From: Diplonema japonicum
Taxonomy: Eukaryota; Protista; Euglenozoa: Diplonemea
Direction of reading: 5' to 3'
NCBI GenBank assembly: GCA_964019335.1
Contig: OZ025688.1
Coordinates: 310,001-374,000 of the forward strand
Length of the DNA stretch: 64,000 nucleotides
The notes below the pieces were generated by a model. That model was not told the DNA's origin. It did not search any database and saw nothing but the letters and a program-made list of their open reading frames with translations. Shown one piece after another: positions 10,533 through 24,613 of the stretch; positions within the stretch are counted from its first letter, which is position 1; each line of letters begins with the position of its first letter. The position numbers were made by a program, and so were the translations under genes.

Positions 10533-13500
10533 ATGACGTCCATTTCACGGAAGTCGCGGAGGGTGAGGGAACCACCTCTCCGGCAAAGAGAGTTATGGAA
10601 GGGGTTGAAACAGTGTAGGGCCGAAGAGGTACCGGTGGTCCTGAAGGAACATTTTAGACATGAAATATTTTCATCGAGTTCGAAAGGTGAACTGGGCGCA
10701 TGGTCAGAAGGCATTAACAAATGCGACGGGTGGCTACGGAAGTGGTTGGAAGGACACGGAAGAAAACTGGACTTCACAAAAGCATTTGTGGAAGAAACTA
10801 CCAAAAATCTAACCATCCCGGCTGCCGATGACGACTCTGATGTGCTCCTCGCTCTCTCCTTTTTGTCTTGCCTCTTGGAACACTCCCGGAACAAGGCTCT
10901 CTTCAATGCTGTGCACACCATCTCCTTGTTCCTCAACTCCCCCTCCGTCGATATCGTACAAGAAGCCTTGATGGTGCTGCACTGGTTCGCAGGCTCGCAT
11001 CGGCAACGACATCAGCTTGTCCCCTTTGACAAGTCAGCCCAGCATAAGCTAGTTTCCATCGCTTCTGGTTGGGGCCCTGTGCCTAGCCTCCTGCGCTCCG
11101 TTGGCCTCTCACCATCCGCTGACCCTTCGGAGACCAAATCCCTGGACACATTGGAATACAAGTTCTTCACTAGCACCTACCACGCCAGCACCAAGCGAGA
11201 CCCCCCTCCAGCATCCACCCCGTCCACCGCACCCCTCCGAAAAGCCCGCGACTTCTGCTCCGCCATTATATCCCCCTCCGGTCAGGTCACCGTGTCCGTC
11301 AAGCTACAAGAAGCCCTTGCAAACGCCGACGACGCAGAGGCAGGTCCAGTCAATGACAGGCCCCGCGAGATCCTCGAATACATCGTCTCTTCCCAAGCAC
11401 TCCCCTTCCACTACACCTACCCCCTGTGGACAAGACTCCGGATGGCTGCCAACATACACAATCCCGAGAAGCTCTGCAAATGGGCGACTTGCAGAATGCT
11501 TGCACTGGCCGTGCTGGCGAGCACCAACGATGATCTGCTCCGGACCTTCCTTGAGCACTGCTCGGACTGGTTCCAAGAGGTCACCTCTGTCCTGTCAGAC
11601 GACCGTGCGCCCTACTCTGTCGTGACCGCAGTGTTGCAACTTCTGTCTGTGCTGCTCTCCAGTTCTAATGCGCGTGACGCGCTCAATACGTCAGATCTGA
11701 GAGGCTCTGCTCTGAGTCCAAGCACTCTCGCAGCCTCGCAAGGACGGCTCCTTGATATGCTGAGGTCAGCACCCCAGGGTATGACAGAGGAGAAGCAGCG
11801 TACACCTGATGGTGCTCTGAGACCGGACGCGCAGAGCATGTACACCGCTCTGTTTGGGTTTGCGTCAGTCTTTGCTGTGAACCAAGGGCAGACAAACATA
11901 CGGACGCTCAACACTGTGATCATAGTACCGTTCTTGCAAGTTCCTAGGTTGCGGGTGCCAGGGACGGAAAAGGTTGCAGCGAAGTGCTTGAACGTCATGG
12001 AGTCACTGCTGGCACAGGACAACCTCAAAGAGCAGGTGATAGAGGCAGGGTGCACAGACCTTCTTATCGAGCTACTCCAAGAAGAGGTGAACATGGTCGA
12101 TGTGGTTGCGGAGATCAAGGATGACGACGAGCTCGTGGTCCCTACCGACGAAATCCCCACTGAGTTGAGGGCACGGCTGGACAAGAAGAGAAGGCTAGCA
12201 CACGAAAGAGAAGTGGTGCTGACCCATGTGCTTAGGGCGCTGGCATTGTGCATCGGGAGCACTCAAGGACAGCCTGTTGCACTCTTTGACAACCTCAGCT
12301 TCCGGGAGTCGTTGCGGAAAATGATCACGTACCCGCAGTTCTTCGGACAGCCGTCCTATAAGTTTGCGGTGCACATCTTGATACAGCTCATCAACACGGA
12401 CCACACAGTGTGTCCTGCGGTGGTTGATGCAGGGTTCCTGGAGCTCGTGATAAACATGATAAAGAAGCCGCCATCCAACGATCTGAGATTCATGCTGGTG
12501 CTGCCGCAATTGCTCGTCGCCTTCTGCTTGTGTGGTAAGGGTGTTGATGTTATCAGGAAGTCCGACATTTTCAAATACATCTTCGAGCCGCTGCGAGGGG
12601 AGAAGACATGGTTCATGATTACACCAAGCGACGCCATCACTCTTGGGACGGAGCTTACCGACTTGGCGAGGCATGTGAAGCCGCTTCTCGATGAGTGCGT
12701 GACGGCACTGTTCACAGGCCTCTCAGCTGCTGTGGATGACATTATGGACTGGGAACCAAACAACCAAGTGAGCATGAGGCCCCTACATATCTTACAGCAC
12801 CACGTACTGGTCCTTGATGCCTTGCAGCGAATGGCCTCTGATAAGATGTCTTCCAGGAAATCGAATATCGTGGCGTCCCTCCTTGCAGCTACCGAGAGAA
12901 TATGCCATATATTCCAAAGACCTAACCTATCACTGACCCCATCTGGCCTTTCACCGAAAGTGCTTCCCCTTTACACGGAGCTGAAGCTCGACTTGCAAAG
13001 TATCCTCGGCAGCTCGGCCGTTAACGCCACGTGGGAGATATACTCCGAACTTGAGAAGGCCGCTAATGACCTCACCGACGGTGCGTTCGACGTCACGCAA
13101 TGGGAAACCCAATGCACTGCTTCTGCTCTGGCGAAATCGAAAATGCCAGTTTCCCCTTGGCCCTTGGGGGCAGATGAATCGCCACTGGTCCTTCACAAGG
13201 TGGCAACGCTGTCCCACTTGCTGCACATCTTCATTACACTCGAAGGAAAGCGCACAGACTCGAGGTTGCCGAACTTCTTGTCGGAGTGGCAAAAGTTCCG
13301 CCCAGCTGAGTGCCTGAAGACGATCATGAAGGTTGCGATGGGTGTGAAAAAGTGGCAAGTGGTGAGGAACATCGAGAAGCAGCGACAGTTCAAGCAGGCT
13401 GAAGTGCCCAGCGTCGCAGGCCCGACTTCGGACTGCACGCCCGACGAAAAGAAGCGTGCAGCCTTGCCGTCCTCCGTCGTCGCTGCCCTAACATGCCTTG

Positions 13501-16500
13501 TACACGCAGACATGGTGAAAGAGATTGACGATCCCGTGTACATCAGGAGGGACAGAATCGCAGGCATGTTCACTGATTCCTGCCTTGCCCTCATGGACCT
13601 GCTGTGCAGGGCTATCGTGCCCAACTCCCGCGACATCACTCAACCTGCCATCAAGGAAGTGTCGGGGCAGCTCAGCAGCGTGGCCTTCATGCTCATCTCG
13701 TACGTGAAGGAACACATTGAGAACGATGAAGTGGATTTCGAGACTTCCAGAACCATGTTCCAGGAAATCGTGCTGGGTCCGTGGTGCACCAGGATCATCG
13801 GCGTTCTGTATGACCCGACGAACAGGAGATTCAAAGAGCTGTGCTCACTGTTGGTACTCAAGGCGTTTGATGGCCTCGGTGGCATCGCGCTTCTCTGTGA
13901 CACATGTGTCTCGCTTGTATCGCGCTCATTGGAGTGTTCTGATATCAAAGACATTGAACCTGTGGTCGGAGCCCTGAAGCTGCTCACTAAGTACTCAAAG
14001 AAGCACTTTATCGAAGAAGCACCGCATGCACGGGCACTTGAGAGTGCCAACCGCAACTCCTTCGACGCAGCAGCCTTTGCTAAAACTGTGCGCAGCATAA
14101 TCGCAGAAAAGATCTTGCCTATATGGAAGCACCCCAAGCTGGACAGCCGCCCTGAAGTCGCGATGAAGCTGCTTGAGCTTGTGGGTGTGCTCGTGAAGCA
14201 AGGCGACTGGCTGGGTGACCGTTCAGTCCGCAGGACTAAGCCTGTCAAGCAGGAGTTCAAGCCTGACGAAGTGCTGGTGGCACAGTTGGCAGAGATGGGC
14301 TTCACAAGGAACAGGGCCCGCCATGCTTTGGTAGAGCTTGGACAAAACTCAGCCGAAATGGCTACGGAATGGTTGTTGACGCACATGTCCGAACAAGATG
14401 AGGACGAGGAGGAAGAGGAAGGCGACACCGACGAGGTAGCAAAGGCCATCGCCATGAGTCTTGAAGGGGAGGCAAAGGAAGCAGAGAAAGAAGAGGAAAA
14501 AGAAGAACAAAAGAGTGCGGTGCGAATTCTAGCAGACGAGAGCCTTTCTGTGGCGATCACTCTCGGCGACGGCAACCCTGCTCTGGCGTTCTGTGCAACA
14601 GACATTTTATGTCTGCTTGCAGATGTACTCAACATGCAGCAAGCAGTGATGGGCGCTGTCCTGGAGAAGGCGCAGGCCGAGCTGTCAAAGGACATATCCA
14701 TTGACAACAAGGCGCTTGTGAGGTCCCTAACACAGCTGTCGCTGCTGATCCCCCACAATGTGATGCAGCACCAGAAGCAGTCGCTGGCGCAGTCGGAAGC
14801 ATTCACAAAAAGCATGATCAGAATTCTGGAGTTTGTCGAAGAGAAGATGCCTGCCAAGAGCGACGAGGAGGCGTTCAACAAACACGTGGAGTTCACTAAG
14901 GTAGCACTGAGTGTGGTTGACGCTCTGATCATACCCGTGGGTTCCTCTCAGAAGGTCGAAGAGGGCAAGAAAAGCGATGCTGGTTCGAAGGACGCGACTA
15001 GCACTGTGCACCACGACGCCTCACCTAAACCTGAGGAGGAATGGAGTATATTGTTGAAGTCCCCTAATGAACCCGTGGCCCTTCCCCAGCCCATCGCAGT
15101 GTCACTTCTTGCCACGCTAGCGAACCTGCTAGACAAAGACCTCCCAACGACACCTGTGCACCAGATCATCGCCATCCTGGACAGGCTTGCCATGAAGGAT
15201 CACGCGCACGCAACACAGCTGTACTCATCGGGAGTTCTAAAGAAGCTCCTAACTACAAAGTTCGAAGGTACCTGGCCATCGCACACTGTGGCGGGTCATG
15301 TCGCCAGTATCATTAAGCACACGATTGAGGACCCCGACTACATTCAGTCGGTGCAAGAAGCAGCTATCCGGAAGTCTTTCAGCAAACTTCTATCAGAAAC
15401 GCCGGTAGGCGTCCCCAACGGGACTGTGGAGTGGTTCACACCCGCACAGCTGCAGCAAGAGAAAGACAAGGAAGTTGTGTTAGACACCAAGGATAAGAAG
15501 AAGAAGCGATCTGGGAAAAAGAAAGACGACACGGAGATAAGTGAGACCAAAAAGGTCCCCCTTGTGAAGCTGCAACCCTTTTTGACAGAGCTCGACCGTG
15601 CGAAGAAGAAGAGCCCCGCGCTGTTCCTGACGACGTTCACTTCGTGCTGCCGTCTTGTGCAGTACACTAAAGCAGGGGAAGCAAAGCCTATGCGATACAT
15701 CGAGCTGCGGCCCTCGAAAGACGCTCAGCCGCGAGGCAGGAGGATGTCCATCAGGAGGAAACCTGCCAACCTGATGGCAGAGGAGATAATTAACCTGGTC
15801 CTCTCATGCATCTACAGCAGATTGAACGATGAGGCTTCAGAAACGCTGTCGTCCGCGCTGCATCTGCACCAACTGGTACACCTCACGGGAGAGCTGGCTG
15901 TGCAGTACCCAAGCACTCTGCCTGCCGTACTCGCATCGCATGGCGAAGATTCGTTCGTGCACCGCCTCCTCAACCACTTCCTCCCGTACAAGACCTCACC
16001 CTCCGACCGTGACGGCCACAAAACGATGCTCGCGTCGAATGCAGCAAAGTTCGTTTTACAGCAGCTCGTTGTCCGCCAACCCGAGCAAATCACACCAGAA
16101 ATCGTGCAGGCCCTGTCTAAGTCTGTTGACGGGAGCAACGGCATGGGCTCCATGCATGCGTTGTCCGACGTTGTCATGACACTGCTGACCAGACCAACAA
16201 AAGAGAAGGCTACTGTAGTGGACAACCTGCCGCCCACTGCTGTTACAAAAGAGCTCCTTAAAGCCGGTCTCATCAACGTTGCATGCGGTGTTATGAAAGG
16301 CCTCGATCTGAAGCATCCTAATGCAGACGAGGCGGTGTGCTCGTTGATGCGAACGATTAACGCGGCAGTACAGCAAGCGCAGAACATGCCCGACGAGGGT
16401 GAGGGCGACGCGGCGAAAGAGGACCAGGACCAGATGGACTGCGACCTGGAGGGTGAGAACACCGCCGACGACGTACAGCTGGATGTAGGAGGCGGTGTGC

Positions 16501-19500
16501 TACAGGTGGAGGTGGTGGAGAACATGGAGGGCACAGGCGAGGACGACGTGTTCGAGGAAGACGACGATGAGGAGGAGGAAGAGGAAGAGGAAGATGGACA
16601 AGATGGGTTGGACGAGTTCGTGATGCACCACGTGAACGCGCCTAGGGATGACGAGGACGAGGACTACGATATGATGGACGATGATTGGGGACTGGCAAGG
16701 GATGACAGCTGGGGTTTCCCAAGGGCGCCACAGAGCGATGACTGGGCCTCCCGTATTGCTGACTACTATAGAGAGCGCCACCAGATGACAGGCAATGTGA
16801 CGTACAACCTCATGCGCCACATCATGCTTGACGCAAACGACGTGTCCCCCATCACCATCTCCGATAACGGTCACCAGCTGCCCTTCGAGTTCACACACGG
16901 ACACCGCACACCCAACAACCAAGCAGAGCGTCGCTACTACAACGGAAACTTGCTGACAATGGCAGTCCCCACAGGTCCTGCTGTAACGAGCACCGCCCCT
17001 ACTTCGTACTCCGCTCTCTCCCTTGTCGAGCCCACACAGCAAAACAATGTGCCGCAGCATGGGGCAGACAACTTCAGGGACTTCCTCCGTCTGAGCACGC
17101 AGAATGAGGAGCTTGTGACGATGACGCAGCTTTCGTACTCCGCCGATGCAGTAGAGGATGCCCTTGGTGCTTACCTGCATTCGACAGCACCGGAAAGTGT
17201 GCTTGTTGTTGAAGAGAGCCAGTCTGATACGCCTGCAGTTTCACCATTGGCAGATGAACCGGTTGATGTAAGTGCAGCAGCCGTGCCTAACCCCGAAAGC
17301 GATGTTCCTGCAGTAGCAGAGCTGGAAGCAGAGCACGCTGAACCTGTGCAGCAGGAGATGCATGTGCAGCAGGAGATCGTGCCTGAACCTCAGCCGGAGC
17401 CAGAGGCGGTGCAAATTGACGAAGGCAGCGGGGGAGTGAATGTGGAAGATATGGACCTCGAGGAGCAGCTGCGACTAGCTCTTGGCATGTCCTTGGAGGC
17501 CTCCGCTCCAGCTGAACCGGAAGCCTCGGAACCTGCTGCTACGGCAGGAAGTTCAGCGGAACAGGAAGCTGACCTTCTGGCAAGTGAGCTGAATAGAGCA
17601 CTGGCTCTTTCTATGGAGACGTCGTCACCGACTGAAGATGCCCAGCCCGCGGTTGTGGCTGATGCAACAGCTGTTCCTGAACCGGCAAGTGACCCGCAGA
17701 TGCCAGAGGGAGCGTCACCACAGCCTGCAGAGACAGCCCCTGCTCCTGTAACGGAACCCGCGCTTGACCCTACGTTCGTCGCCGCCCTCCCAGAGGACCT
17801 CCGTCGTGACGTTCTCCGCGAAAATGTGCACCTGCTCATGACGCAGACGGAACCTGGTGAGAACGGGTCTACGGTTGATCCCTTGTTCCTTGCTGCACTG
17901 CCCACTGCCATTCAGGAGGAGGTCATCGGACATGAACGAAGAATCCTCGCGCAGAGGCAATCATCACAGGCGCAGACAGGTACAACACAAGAGGAAATCG
18001 ACCCAGCATCCTTCATTGTGAGCTTGCTGCCTGAGCTGCGTCAGGAGATCTTATCGACTTCGGACGACAGCTTCATTGCGCAACTGCCACCCGATCTTGC
18101 TGCCGAGGCACACTCACTGCGAGAGGCGCGTTGGATGCGTCACGACCAGCATGACTACAACTATGGGATCCGCCATCTGGATGAGGACCATAGAGGGAGC
18201 CAAGGGAGGCAAAGAGTTGGTGCTGTGACAGAAACTGTTGTGGAGAAGGGATCTAAGAAGCCTGCTGTGAAGAAACCAGTGAAGCAAGCGATTGACTTAT
18301 CTGTGTTGGCATCGTTTGTAAGAGTGCTTTACCTCACAACCGGCTCGGTGCAGCACCTCAGCTTGGAACACCGACTGAAGCAGCTGCTTACGACTGTCAC
18401 TGCACACCCCCAGACCTGCAGAGCGGTCTTTGCACTGCTGCTCTACATCTTGTCCAATGGTGATGCTGAACCGCCTGCGGAGGTGCCTGGTGCTAAGATG
18501 TGCATCATGTCGGACATGTACAACGTGCCCACGTATCTCGCAGGGACAACACCCGCTCACCCGCTAGTCGTACCACCGCTTGTTATGCTGCACGCTATCG
18601 ATCTCATGTCCAACTTGGCAGACGTCCGATCTCAGTTCATCACTTCTCTTGACGATAATGACAGCAAGACCCTTACCAATGCTGAGTGCGTTCCTGAGGC
18701 TTGCATCGCTGTTGTTAAGAAAACCGTTCTCTTCAAACTGCTTGAGCTCCACGGCTCCCCCTCCTTCATCAGCAGCCCCAAGTTGAGTGAGGCTCTGACT
18801 AAGCTGATTCAAGGGGTCTGCGAACACTTGTGCTCCGTGGTAGGAGAGGATACTGACGCGCAGGAACTTCGGGTTGTTAAAAAGCTGAACAAGGAACGTG
18901 TGCAGCACCTCCGCAAGTGGCATGAAGCGCATGCATGCAGCTTCATGGAGTGCTTCGATTTTGATGCCGGGACAAGTGACAACAGTGCGTTCGAGGCGGC
19001 TTTCACGAAGCGTGCGGAGCTGGTCATCACCATGAACCAGGAGATTGCAAAGAGGTACAAGGAGTTCAGAAAGAAAAAGGCGGAGTTGACGGACATAGCA
19101 GAGCCTTCTGCTATGCAGAGGCTGGCGGCTTTCCTGTTTGCACACCCGTCCACGCTCACTGCTTTGGTGAAAGTTTTGGAGATGTCGGACACAACAAGCG
19201 CTGCTGTGAGCAACTGCCTCTCGACGCTGAACAGCATGTGCGGGCTGAGGCTTTCGACTGCAGCGCAAGGAGGGAGTGGAAAGGAGTCTGTTGCACACCG
19301 TTTGCTGCGAGAGCTCCTTGTGGTGGCAGAGAGGATAGCTACCAGCACTGCTGAGTACTTGAACCAGCGCTCAGTGCAGATAAAACAGTCACTGGCAGAT
19401 CACCTGAAAGACTCGTCGGAAGAAGAGCACAGCGCATCATCCGCAATGCATTTCTTTATCAACGACGACCCGCCCACCCATGAAGTGCAGCTCCAGAGGC

Positions 19501-21286
19501 TCACCAAGACCCTGTCCAGCGTGTCGCACCACGAGCTGGTGGACCACACACGGGATTACGACAGCATAGTTGTGACGAGTAAGCCTAGTCTGAAGCAGCT
19601 CCAGGGTAAGTGGAGAACGAATGCGGGGAACATTGTGCATGTGAGACACAATTATGTGGTGTTCGAGCGTGCGAGTGGGAGCTTCTCTAACGCGCATGAA
19701 TTTGAGGAGAAAGATGGAGTCATCAAGTTGATGGGGTGCAGACTGGAACAGTACGGGGGCACGTGGTGCGAGTGGGACGACCGCGACGTGTGGCGCATCG
19801 AGGACGGCTCGCAGCAGGCTGGGATGTATCCTAAGTTCAAGGAGATACTGTCGGGGCTGTGGGCATCAGGGGATAGGTACCTGAAAGAGATGGGCGAGGT
19901 GCAGCAAGCGATCGGAGAAGGGTTCCAACCGCCGCCTAGGGTGCTGCCGTTGGTGGAAGCATTCTTCTCGTTCCACGAGATCGACCCGCTGAGCAAACAA
20001 GCACATCAACCGTTGCTACCGATAGCATCCAGCGCACCGCTGTTGGCAGAACCGAGAGAACTGCTGGACGAGGGTGCGATGCTCCCACGACAGACGTCGG
20101 GGTTGATGCCGAAAACAGCGTCGACAGCATCGCTGGACGAACATGAGAACCACGACCCTGTGAAGCGGTTTGTTGTGAAGCATAAAAAACTTCTGAACGC
20201 GTTGATCAGGACAAACCCGTCACTGCTGTCGACCTCACTGCGGGCGATGCTAGGCTACAGCGGCATGATAGACTTCGTCAACAAGAGGACATGGTTCCGG
20301 GAGAAGATACGAAAAGACCAAGAGTCCCACGCGAGACAGCAAACGGGAATCAAGGTTTCAAGAAGCAACGTATTCCACGACTCGTACCTGCACCTCCGAC
20401 GCCCACCAGACAGCTTGAAGGGCAAGCTAAGAGTCTCGTTCAAGGGCGAAGACGGTGTTGATGGCGGCGGCCTCAAGAGAGAGTGGTTCCAGGTTCTTGC
20501 GAAGGAGATGTTCAACCCGATGTACGCCTTGTTCGTTCCTTCTGAGGAGGGGAACACGTTCCAGCCGAACCAAAACTCGTCCATCGCAAACCAGTTGGAG
20601 CACCTCTCATACTTCAACTTCGTAGGTAGGGTGGTGGGGCTGGCGGTCTACAACGATGTTATGCTAGACGCTTACTTCACACGCTCCCTCTACAAACATA
20701 TGCTGGGCATCCCTCCAGACTACAGGGACGTGCAATCCATCAACCAAGAGTACTACAAGAACCTTCTCTGGATGCTGGACAACGATATCACTGATGTGTT
20801 GGACTACAACTTCACTATCGATGTTGACAAGTTTGGAGTGCATGAGACCATTGAGCTTTATGAAGGCGGGAAGGATATCCAGGTCACGAACGCGAACAAG
20901 CACGAGTACGTGCAGCTCATCGCTGAGTACAAGATGACGACGAACATTAAGGAGCAGATCACGGAGTTCCTTCGTGGGTTCTCAGAGGTCGTCCCCCGAC
21001 ACCTTATCCAAATTTTCACTCCTGAGGAGCTTGAGCTTCTGATTTGCGGTACGCCTGAAGTTGATGTTGCTGATTGGAAGGTATTTTTTTATTTTATTTT
21101 TTAAAAAATATATAAAAAAAAGGCGAACACGGACTATGTTGGATACACTTCGTCCAGTCCGCAGATTTCTTGGTTCTGGAAGGTTGTTGATGCCATGTCA
21201 CATGAGGAGAAATTGCAGCTTCTGCAGTTTATCACCGGTACAAGCAAGGTTCCACTGACCGGGTTCAGAGATTTGGAGGGTATTTA

Positions 21287-21324
<38 letters not shown>

Positions 21325-21413
21325 AGGCATGACTGGAAAACAAAAGTTCAACATACACAAAATTGGAAATCCGACCCACCTGCCGTCTTCCCACACCTGC
21401 TTCAACCAGGTAT

Positions 21414-21458
<45 letters not shown>

Positions 21459-24419
21459 GACAAACACGACAAGCGAATTTGGATTTTCCACCAAACTCTG
21501 TAACCTGTTTTTTGCCCTTTGTCATTGTTCACGGAAACTTGCAATTTCATATCCACCAAACACGTTTTCAAAATATTTTGTCCACCATCCACGGCAATCA
21601 CTTTTGAAATCCACCAACCACGGCATATTTCCACCATCCACGGTAACCTCGAAAATTATTTCCCATCATCCACGGTAACCTTGAAAATTTATTTCCATCA
21701 TCCACGGTAACCTCGAAAATGTTTCCCACCTTCCACGGTAACTTCGAAAATTATTTCCACCACCACGGTATCCTCGAACAACATGCGGATTTGCGCCGCT
21801 GTCTCCACCAAGAATGACGCAAGCCACAGTTTCGAAAGTGGCAAGCACACAACGTAGGTGTGCCTTGGGTTCTGCTCAAAGGGCCACAGTCTCTTTCTCT
21901 GAGTGGTGCCCAGGGGGGGGGGGGGGGGGGGGTTGAGTGTGCTGCAGGGTTGGATGTGTTGAATACACCCTGCGTCCACGTTTGTGCTGTGGCCCGCGGG
22001 GCACAAGAACCACTTGGATCTCCTTCCCAAGTGTTCGCGGGTAGCCGCTTGGCGTTCAATGTATTTCGCCACCCCCCGCCAGGGTCCTGTGTGAAGATAA
22101 CCTCAAGCCCCCCGTTGTAACTCAAGAACGGGGAGACCCTCGTTGGGGGATAAGAGGAAACTGAGCGAAGGAGAGGGGACACACCTGCGGCAACTGCAAG
22201 AAAGTGGGGCACAATGCCCGTTCTTGCAAGAACCCCCACCACTCGACTGCTGCGTCACAGCCGCAGACTCCTAGAAGTGCTCTTCTGAGCTGAAGCAGAC
22301 CCAGCTAATGTAGTGTCATAGTGTAGAGTCATCCCCCCCCCTTTTTTTTCCTTTTGCCTAATCATTTATTCCTATTGTTGTAGTGCGTTCTATATTTCGC
22401 CAAATACTGTAAAACAAAAATCCACCGGAAGATAAAATATCCGGACCGCCGAAACATCCGGTGATTTTTTCTTCCGGACATTTTTTTTGGGCACTTTTCT
22501 AAGGGGGGTACCTAGCCTGTCCTACGTCCTATATTTCTGTTGCAAGAGTCTTAAGAACGGCAAAAATAAGATTCAAATCCGACGAAAGCTGCATGCTCTA
22601 AAAAGGGGAAGGATATATCTCGCGACTCCTCCAGATGCTGACCTCTTCAGGTGACTGAAATGATATTGCAAGTGGGAATATCTTCAGGTGAGAGGCGCCC
22701 TTCAATGGCTGCGTCCCAGCAGGTTGGAGAGTACTTTTCCCGACCAATAAAACTAAAAAAGGGGCGAGGAAAGGGCTACCTGTCCGCACGTCTGGCCGTC
22801 TTGTTTGCTGCTTAACTTACAATCATTTCAGCTGCCTTCGCAGTCTTGGCAGTGCGCCTGGCCTCGGCCTCAGCAAGTCTTGGGCTGGCACAAATAGGTG
22901 AAGTCTGGGGGACAAACGCTAAGTGAACGTTTGTTTCTGAAAACAAGTTCACAAAAGCCTGCGTAGTGTGGACATTGTAGTCATCAAGGATGAGTAGGAT
23001 GGGCTCGGTGGGTGCTCAGCCCGATGACTCGATGAGGTTGTAGCAAAGGGGAGAAACAAATATTTTACCCAGAGCCGAAGCGTTTCCTGGGTGGCCCAGT
23101 GAGATTTCGAAGCTGTTAAACTCCAGCCTTTTGGTGTGCAACACGAGGGACGGACCCGGGGTATTTCCTGCCGCGAGCTGGTTCTGTTTTTCCCGTGTAA
23201 ATTAACTGCGGGTGCAGTTTGCCACCAGACAGGGAAACGCAAAACTGTCCGGTGACGGCATGCTTGTCCCAAATCCCTAACCGTGACAACCTTGGGACCC
23301 CTTTTCGTCTTCTTCCCAGTGGCAGCAGCTGGTCCATGTTCCAGGTCAACCGGCCTGATCCCTGTGAACCTCCTCGCTGCTTGGGTGTCTTTGGGGCTGC
23401 TAGACTCCCCTATTGTTGGGCGGCGGCTTGTGATGCCATGCTTGGAGCACAGCTGGTTGGCCCTCTGCATACAGGCAGATGCCCGACGCTGCTACCGGCA
23501 CCCCCTTCCGTTCTGCACCTGGATCCAAACAAAGAGCTTTGTTGTTTCATCCTTGTTCAGAAGAGGCTTGCGACGCAGTAACGGGTGCGGCAGGGGGATC
23601 GACCTTGGAGCTACCAAAGCGGTGCTTCCAGTCTGATATACTGGACATTGGCTCCATGACGCAAACCCGCAAAGCATAAGAACAACCCTAAAGCAAGCAC
23701 AGTGGTTCGGTTCAACAAGCTTGTGGTAGAAGCGAACAATCAGGATCTGGAAAAGTACGTAATTCAATTCTCTGATTTTCGTTTGATTTTCCCTTGCTAC
23801 AGACACTAGTTTCATCTGTTTTCGGGTCCAGCCCTTTAAAAAAAAAAGGGGGGGTCCCAGGAAAAAAATGTCCGGAAGAAAAAATATCCGGACCGCCAGA
23901 GCTTCCGGACATTTTATCTTCCGGACAATTTTTCTTCCGGACATTTTATCTTCCGGTGATTTTTGTTTTACAGTAGTCGAAAAAACGAAAATGCGAAAGG
24001 TTCCGTGTTTGGTGGAAATTCGAAATTAGGTTTCCTAAAGGAAAATTTTGATGGTTTACAGGGAAACGGTGGAAAATTGAAATTGGGTTTCCGTGTTTGG
24101 TGGAAATCGAAATTAGGGTATCATTTTTGGTGGAAAAACGAAATTGGGTTTCCGTGTTTGGTGGAAAATGAAATTCGGGTTGGCTTGAACGGTGGAAAAT
24201 TTTCATTTGGTTGTCATGTTTGTAGTTTCTCTCTTTTTTTTTTTTTTTTTTTTAATTTTGTAATTTTTTTTTTTTCCTCTTCAGCTCGATCTTCCAGAAT
24301 ACGAAAGTTACGAATCGTTGCATTCCCACATCAGAAAGGTATATCAAAAAAAGAGAAAAAAAAAATTCACACACAAACAGGCTGTATTGTTTGGACATGT
24401 TGGTTTTGGTTTTATCTAG
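10533..24419 (+). CDS. HUWE1: HUWE1/Tom1/UPL1-type HECT E3 ubiquitin ligase; exons 10533-21080, 21123-21279, 21327-21409, 24285-24338, 24381-24419
   Basis: ARM-like N-terminus, UBA (LAEMGFTRNRARHAL..ATEWL), three UIMs (e.g. LEEQLRLALGMSLE), acidic tract, three UBMs (DPTFVAALPEDLRRDVL), HECT (FKGEDGVDGGGLKREWF). Splicing restores ..LLQFITGTSKVP..LPSSHTCFNQ|LDLPEYESY..RK|AVLFGHVGFGFI*. Confidence 0.93.
21461..24222. mobile_element. Foldback-like non-autonomous TIR element in a HUWE1 intron, with inverted ~30-bp subterminal repeat arrays
   Basis: Left end CAAACACGACAAGCGAATTTGGATTTTCCACC versus reverse complement of right end CAAACATGACAACCAAATGAAAATTTTCCACC. Left array (TTTCCACCATCCACGGTAACCTCGAAAA)n at ~21540-21775; right array (GAAATTGGGTTTCCGTGTTTGGTGGAAA)n at ~24000-24200. 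Confidence 0.75.
22407..23973 (-). mobile_element. Degenerate pogo/Tc1-mariner DNA transposon (1567 bp) nested in the foldback-like element
   Basis: ~38-bp TIR CTGTAAAACAAAAATC(C)ACCGGAAGATAAAAT(A/G)TCCGGA at both ends; TA flanks at 22405-22406 and 23974-23975. Frameshifted minus-strand transposase remnants (ETTKLFVWIQVQ, KHGITSRRPT, NMDQ, KLHPQLIYTGK, SHWATQETLRLWV). Confidence 0.88.
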
Positions 24420-24577
24420 AAAGGAGGGGGATGGGAAAGTGTGCTTTAAGAAAAGAAAAAAGAAAAGAAAAAAAAAGATGCCCCCCAATGTACTACTTAC
24501 CACTTACTCTTTCTTCTCCCTTCCCAAAAAGAAAAATATTTTTTGTATTTAACAAGTCCTGCTCAGTTTCTTGTAAG

Positions 24578-24613
<36 letters not shown>

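Noticed and set aside
13640-14932. Long antisense ORFs within HUWE1 (and 38282-39607, 50267-51253)
   Set aside because: They mirror strongly codon-biased sense genes and have no motifs of their own.
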